This document shows positions 33,901 to 39,176 of a DNA stretch of 39,176 nucleotides, in pieces. The stretch covers positions 50,430,825-50,470,000 of the forward strand of contig OZ286460.1 of assembly GCA_965644265.1 (NCBI GenBank), in the 5' to 3' direction. Made by a program: the position numbers and the translations under genes. Within the stretch, counting starts at the first letter, position 1; every line of letters begins with the position of its first letter. This stretch comes from Glycera tridactyla (taxonomy: Eukaryota). The notes beneath the pieces were generated by a model, which worked only from the letters and a program-made list of their open reading frames with translations, did not search any database and had not been told where the DNA came from.

Positions 33901-35982
33901 TTAGAACAATTTCAAACAATTTGCAGAAAAAAGAGGCCAAAATGGGACAGTGTGATCTGCAATGAGAGATTGCCATATAGGTCACAAAGACATTGTGAAA
34001 AGCAATCATTGCCAGTGGTGAAGAGAGAGTGAGAGGAGACAAGATTCGACATATTGCTGAAGGTTAGAAGCGTAGGCTCTAGAACTTGATACTATTATAT
34101 CACATACATGTACCAGTTTCATGTATGTATCAGTTGGTTGGAAATTCCTATTGGGTTTACAGTTGCCAGCAAAGCATTAGCCTGCAATATGGATCCAAAT
34201 AATTCATGAAGGTGAATCAAATGTGAGGAACCTACAATTGTGAGGTATGGTTTGGAGAAAAACAATGAGGGCTAATTTTGGCCTTAATTGGGTTAAATGG
34301 CTCACCATCTGTCGATGCTTCAGCTGCCTTGGGCAGCTATTTTCCTTATTATAATCCTAAGATTTCATTGTTATCATCCTAACCTCTCAGCTGTAAGTTT
34401 ATTTTTGCAACCATCATTTCAAAGATGGCAGCCATCAACAAATGCAGTCATTCACCCTGGTTATGACTGAACTTGAGTAAGGTTGGGATATTCAGGTAAA
34501 ACAATCAACTTGGCCGAAGAACATCTTAAAAACAATCTGCTCAAGATGAGACCCAACATGTCGGGAGCTGAGGTTTCTCATTACGCGTACAACATGCTAC
34601 AATTTACCACACATTGGAACCTCCATCTTTGGTGATTAAAGACCCACCAAGATACAATGGACAGACTAGAAGCTAAGATTTAGTCATTCTACAGACTAGA
34701 AGAAATTCACCAAGACAGACTGCAAGACAAAAGTAATGAATGAATACAAGAAAAAGGAACACTGGCATACATATGAATCACTATAGAATAAGACTTCAGC
34801 ATTATAACCCTTCCTGTGGTTATAACTAAGCAAATACCATGGATGGATATTTGATTCCAATACTGGAGAAATATGGCGAATCCATGGATGAATTATGAAT
34901 GTGAGTTTGGGCAGTATTATATCCGTTGAAAGCATGCATATCAACAGGATTTTGTTTCAATAACTAGGATATGCTGAATGTGATAAGCAAAAGCCTGCTG
35001 AATGAAACTGGCAGTTTTTCTCCACAAATTCCCCACGATCCTGCCAGCTGAAAGTGACACATGGTTTGGAATTGGTTGAAAAGAAAATGATCAAATCCAG
35101 ATCTACAGATGATCTGTAACCTAGGTTCCCGTTGTACATTTTAACATATGCCATGAAGTACATCTCTCTGCTGGCTGATGAGCCTGAACTTTTCAGTGAA
35201 TTCTTCCAAAGTTTGAGGGCAGCTTTAATTGAAAATGTTTTGGATCCATTAAATCACATCAACTATCTGATAAGCACACAGCTGACTGAATGCTGCCAAA
35301 TTCATGTCATTTGCCAAATTTCATCATTCATGAATGACTCATGACTTATTGAATCCAATTTTCTTCAACAGGCCCTGTCTTGCCGAAAGGAAATCTTGCT
35401 CACTTTATTCCTTTGCTAAAATATGCTGATCTTTGCCAAAACAATACCATATCCTTAGCAATATTTGGTCAAACTTTAATGAAGTCATATGAAAGACAGA
35501 ATTACATAAATGCATGATTTCGATAAACTTGACTGTGTCTTGTATTATAGTCGCCACAGATTCTGAGGACTGCCCAGAACTCCATTAATTCAAAATATCC
35601 ATGCAAGTCAATCAACGGGCACAAATACTTACAGTATAGTATACTCAGTAACAATTATACCCACCCAATATAAAATATAACCCTTTCATGCTTACATCAG
35701 ATAAATATACATAAGGCTATTTCACACTCAATGCTATTACCCATGATCTGACACGGATCGAAGCAAAATCCTACACTTGTTGCTGTCCCATTGAGGCCTG
35801 ACCAGTAGAAGCCAGCTAGTGGTCGATGAAAGACACAATGTTGATGGGCAATTATGGAGGAAGTGAACATGAAAGGGTTAATCATTATAATTGCTGGTAA
35901 AATCTGGACACTCTTAATGCACCAATTATCAATGACAGGAGATTGCACATCTACGCACACACCCACTGACACACACCCAATG

Positions 35983-35997
35983 ACACACACACACACA

Positions 35998-36060
<63 letters not shown>
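35983..36060. repeat. (CA)n microsatellite, ~39 units, one interruption
   Basis: Directly visible; one T at 36004. Confidence 0.98.
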
Positions 36061-36063
<3 letters not shown>

Positions 36064-36368
36064 GCAACAATAGTTGCAGCACCTCGGTCCGGCCGTGTGC
36101 TACAAAGTTCATCATGAACTCTCATTTCTAACAGATAATAAAACACAAGCAGTCACAAAAGTTCTTGCCTGCCTACACCATTTGTGCACATGTGCAATGT
36201 TGCCATCCAAATGCATCAAAAACCTATATCTGGGATACTATCCTGAGTCAGGAACCTATGATATACAAGAGAAGCTGTCATGGTACCAGCTGTTCTCTTG
36301 AATCAACAGTAGCTGACTCAGACTATCATCAACTCAAACAATAGCAGGCATATCACTGGTTGAAATTA

Positions 36369-36526
36369 CAGTCAAACTTGTCCCAAGTAAGTCTTGTCCT
36401 AGGCAAGGTCTTGCCTTAAGCAATATGATTTTGTTCACTATATTTGACTTGTACTAGACATGAACTTGTTCTAAGCACACAGTTTTTCAACGTCCGTTGG
36501 TGTCATGCTTAAGACTAGTTTGACTG
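36369..36526. mobile_element. Tc1/pogo-type MITE
   Basis: TA-CAGTCAAACTTGTC ... GACTAGTTTGACTG-TA. Confidence 0.8.
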
Positions 36527-36731
36527 TACTATTAATGGCACCACAACCTATTCATGTTCCAGCCCCTGGTATTACACAATATCTTATGCCAATCCCATCT
36601 AAAATCATATGTCATAGCAAGAAATCCTATACCTTGGCTTGTACTTGACCATATCTTGACCATTAGCCTTGCAGAATCTCAGTTTATCTACCTAATTTTA
36701 TTTTAATGGTAAGATACAAAAACTATATCTT

Positions 36732-36737
36732 TTTATT
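36732..36737 (-). terminator. Candidate polyadenylation signal of the - strand gene
   Basis: AATAAA on the - strand about 1.2 kb past the stop at 37942; a second is at 36697-36702. Unverified. Confidence 0.3.
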
Positions 36738-37941
36738 TTTGAGTCGGCTGACCATGATAAGAAACCTGGTTGTCTGGCTGAACTTCCATAACCCAGAACA
36801 CAGTCTAAAGAACATTAAGCTCAATCCCATCAATTACCGTTTCATTGAGGACAACTTCACCCAAAATTAGTTCACAAGATGGCTGCCTGACTATATTCTG
36901 GGATTCTCTTTTGATGTGGACCTATTCATGCATTTGATTGTAAAGCAGAGCGATGCATGTACCAGTATTCGTTTGTACCTGGTGATGCGGAATGCAGCCT
37001 TGGAGATGAGATTTGAGTTTTAATGCCGGATGTTTTTGGGTTTGACAAGAATATCTATTGGGATTGATGGCTCCGATTTCTATGTTGCCTGATATATTTT
37101 GGGTATGAAAAGGACAAAGACCGGCAATAATGAGTGAGAATGAACAAGCAGTTTCAGAACAGAAGTGAAAAGTGTATCCTTTCACCCTAATCAGATCCGG
37201 CATTTGAAATGGCACAGAATATTCATGCCATATACATAAACTGTTTCTTTTCACTGATTGATCAATTCCTCAACTCTTCTGAATGATCAAATGTGGCAGA
37301 AAAACAAGTTAATGCTCATGCTGGAAACGTCAACTCATCACCTGGTCAACTTATTCTGGAACTAGATGTTGAAGGGTTAAAGGACTATGTTTTAGTTGAT
37401 AGTCTCGCCAACCATCTACCCAAAGGGTACACATAAAATTGATACCTAGTGTCAACACTAGGGTTCTATATTCAGAGACATCTAGTACTTGAAACAATGC
37501 ACTAATTCACAGCAGTACCCATCACTTGGAAACTAAATCTAACCGAGCTGTCACTCAGCTGTCTGACAACCATGACAATTAATAATACTTCAGTCCATAT
37601 GCTCACGACATTTTTATCATTCAGAGCCACAGCAGCCTGATTGCATCACCAACCATCTGCTCGTCATTTATGAATTTGACACCTGTAACAACTAATGGTT
37701 GGAAAAAGGGCATCAGATCTAGGATCAATCTAGTCAAAACTTTCATAAATGGATAACTGTGCATTTGATGATGTAGCCACGATCAAAATGCTCAAGACGT
37801 GCAGCAGTGATCATCATGAAACTGCTAAATTCTTTCATCCTCAGATATCCCATAATACTCCTCCATGTGCTACAGTCTCTCTGACCAATGCTGACTAGTT
37901 TTCTCCTTGAAATGATCACCATCCTAACCAGGCCACAGATG

Positions 37942-38112
37942 TCAGACCTCTGTGTCACGTTGCATGTGTAGTGTGTCCATCTGATCGAGAATGAAGGTGA
38001 TCGTGTGCTGGCGAATCAAGCCGATGTGCGTCTTCAGAACAGCTATCTGCTCGCTCTGCGCATCAACACGCGTCTGGAGCCTTTGATTCTCAACGAGCAA
38101 CTTCTCACGCGT
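37942..38112 (-). CDS. Last coding exon of an unidentified gene: coiled-coil C-terminus ending in a class I PDZ-binding motif (TREKLLVENQRLQTRVDAQSEQIAVLKTHIGLIRQHTITFILDQMDTLHMQRDTEV*)
   Basis: Strong acceptor TATTTTATCATTGTGATTCTTTTTCAG ending at 38113, phase 0. GC- and CpG-richer than its flanks. Heptad leucine pattern. Stop TGA. Upstream exons lie outside the window or were not found. Confidence 0.72.
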   Translation of the reverse strand, partial: TREKLLVENQRLQTRVDAQSEQIAVLKTHIGLIRQHTITFILDQMDTLHMQRDTEV

Positions 38113-38915
38113 CTGAAAAAGAATCACAATGATAAAATATTGTACCATATCTTCCAACACAAATCTGAATATACATTCACCTCACTCCCACTGGATAGAA
38201 GCAGGGATGCTGATGAAGATGAGAGTGATGCTCATGATGGCAAAGTTACAATTGTCATTGCAAGCATTATCACCAGCTAGAACTCTAATACTACAAGTAG
38301 TGTTGGGATTTGATTTTTTTGATGTTTGAAGTTTAATTTTCGAAACTGGCTCCTAAATATTTCAGCCGACATAGAGCCCTGCTTACTGCAGACAAACCTC
38401 TCTACAAGGACTACTCTCGCATGAAGAAACACACTATTCACCGTGAAACTTGCCACCAATTCAGCATGTTTGAAGTTGTAGTGGAGATAGGACTCATTTA
38501 AGAATTGGGAAACAGCGGTCTTACTTGAAGGTTATAGTTCATTCAAAAGAGTATCCTCAGAGGCAGTTTCTAACAATTGGACACGAAAAACAAAAAGATG
38601 ATAATTTGGTCACATATACAGCATGATCCACCATGGTCTGCAGTGTGAAGCCGTGAGCTACGGACTACACTTTTCTACACCAAAAATGTTTCTCCACTAT
38701 AATGCATGCTTACCTTGTGACCCCTAAAAGCAAAGCGACCTTTTAAGATGACCACCAATCGACTGTGCCAAATGCCTTTATGGCATGAATGATTGTATGG
38801 CATAAAAATTGTTTGAAACTGAGCACATTTGGGTAGTGAGCATGGTAATTCGTAGCTGACCAGCTTGTAAGGTACCTGATTGCATGTTGGTGTGCCAATT
38901 ATATAACTGTACCTC

Positions 38916-39130
38916 CAGGGTTGTATCCACAGGGAGATATGAGGGCATGTCACACATTTCATTGAGTATGAGCCCTTATTTGAAGGCAGTTAGGTGCCAC
39001 AATGCCCCTCAATCATCATGAGGGTTGCACTAATTCCGTATGGAGTGAGACAATTTTGACAGGTTTTGGGGACGAATGCCCTCTTTTCTCAAATGTTAGG
39101 GGCATTTTAGAAATCCCGGATGCAACCCTG
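38916..39130. mobile_element. MITE of the CAGGGTTGCATCC family (hAT-like ends)
   Basis: CAGGGTTGTATCC (38916) / GGATGCAACCCTG (to 39130). TSD not evident. Confidence 0.7.
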
Positions 39131-39176
39131 TATCTTAATTGGATAAATTGTGGCTGTAACAATGTTTTATGTTACA

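Noticed and set aside
35697-36146. 149-aa Cys/Val-rich ORF and the opposite His/Thr-rich ORF
   Set aside because: Produced by the (CA)n microsatellite.
38704-38730. Possible 10-nt micro-exon of the - strand gene (TTTTAG|GGGTCACAAG|GTAAGC)
   Set aside because: It would fit the phase, but it lies in sequence resembling GACCACC-type MITE remnants and cannot be supported without junction reads.

Overview
Eukaryotic (animal) genomic DNA, AT-rich and dense in transposon remnants. The intron pattern and repeat families suggest a marine invertebrate, but the species cannot be determined from the sequence. The main gene is a complete + strand DNA polymerase eta (POLH) in 9 coding exons (7756-18139; 2358 nt, 785 aa), each with GT-AG boundaries that join in frame. 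It carries DMDCF and SIDE catalytic motifs, a UBZ finger, a basic NLS and a C-terminal PIP-like box. A convergent - strand gene ends at 37942-38112 in an unidentified coiled-coil exon with a C-terminal DTEV PDZ-type motif. The rest is mostly non-autonomous mobile DNA: hAT, Tc1/pogo and Harbinger MITEs (several nested, some with target-site duplications), a Helentron-type (HINE/DINE-1-like) element carrying a 157-bp tandem array, a CR1/L2-type LINE 3' fragment and a tRNA-SINE-like family. There are also 214-bp and 147-bp tandem arrays. I see no prokaryotic systems, CRISPR arrays or RNA genes, and no clearly novel biological system. The best leads are unusual finger-domain substitutions in this Pol eta, a LINE poly(A) signal inside a POLH intron, and transposon-generated tandem arrays.
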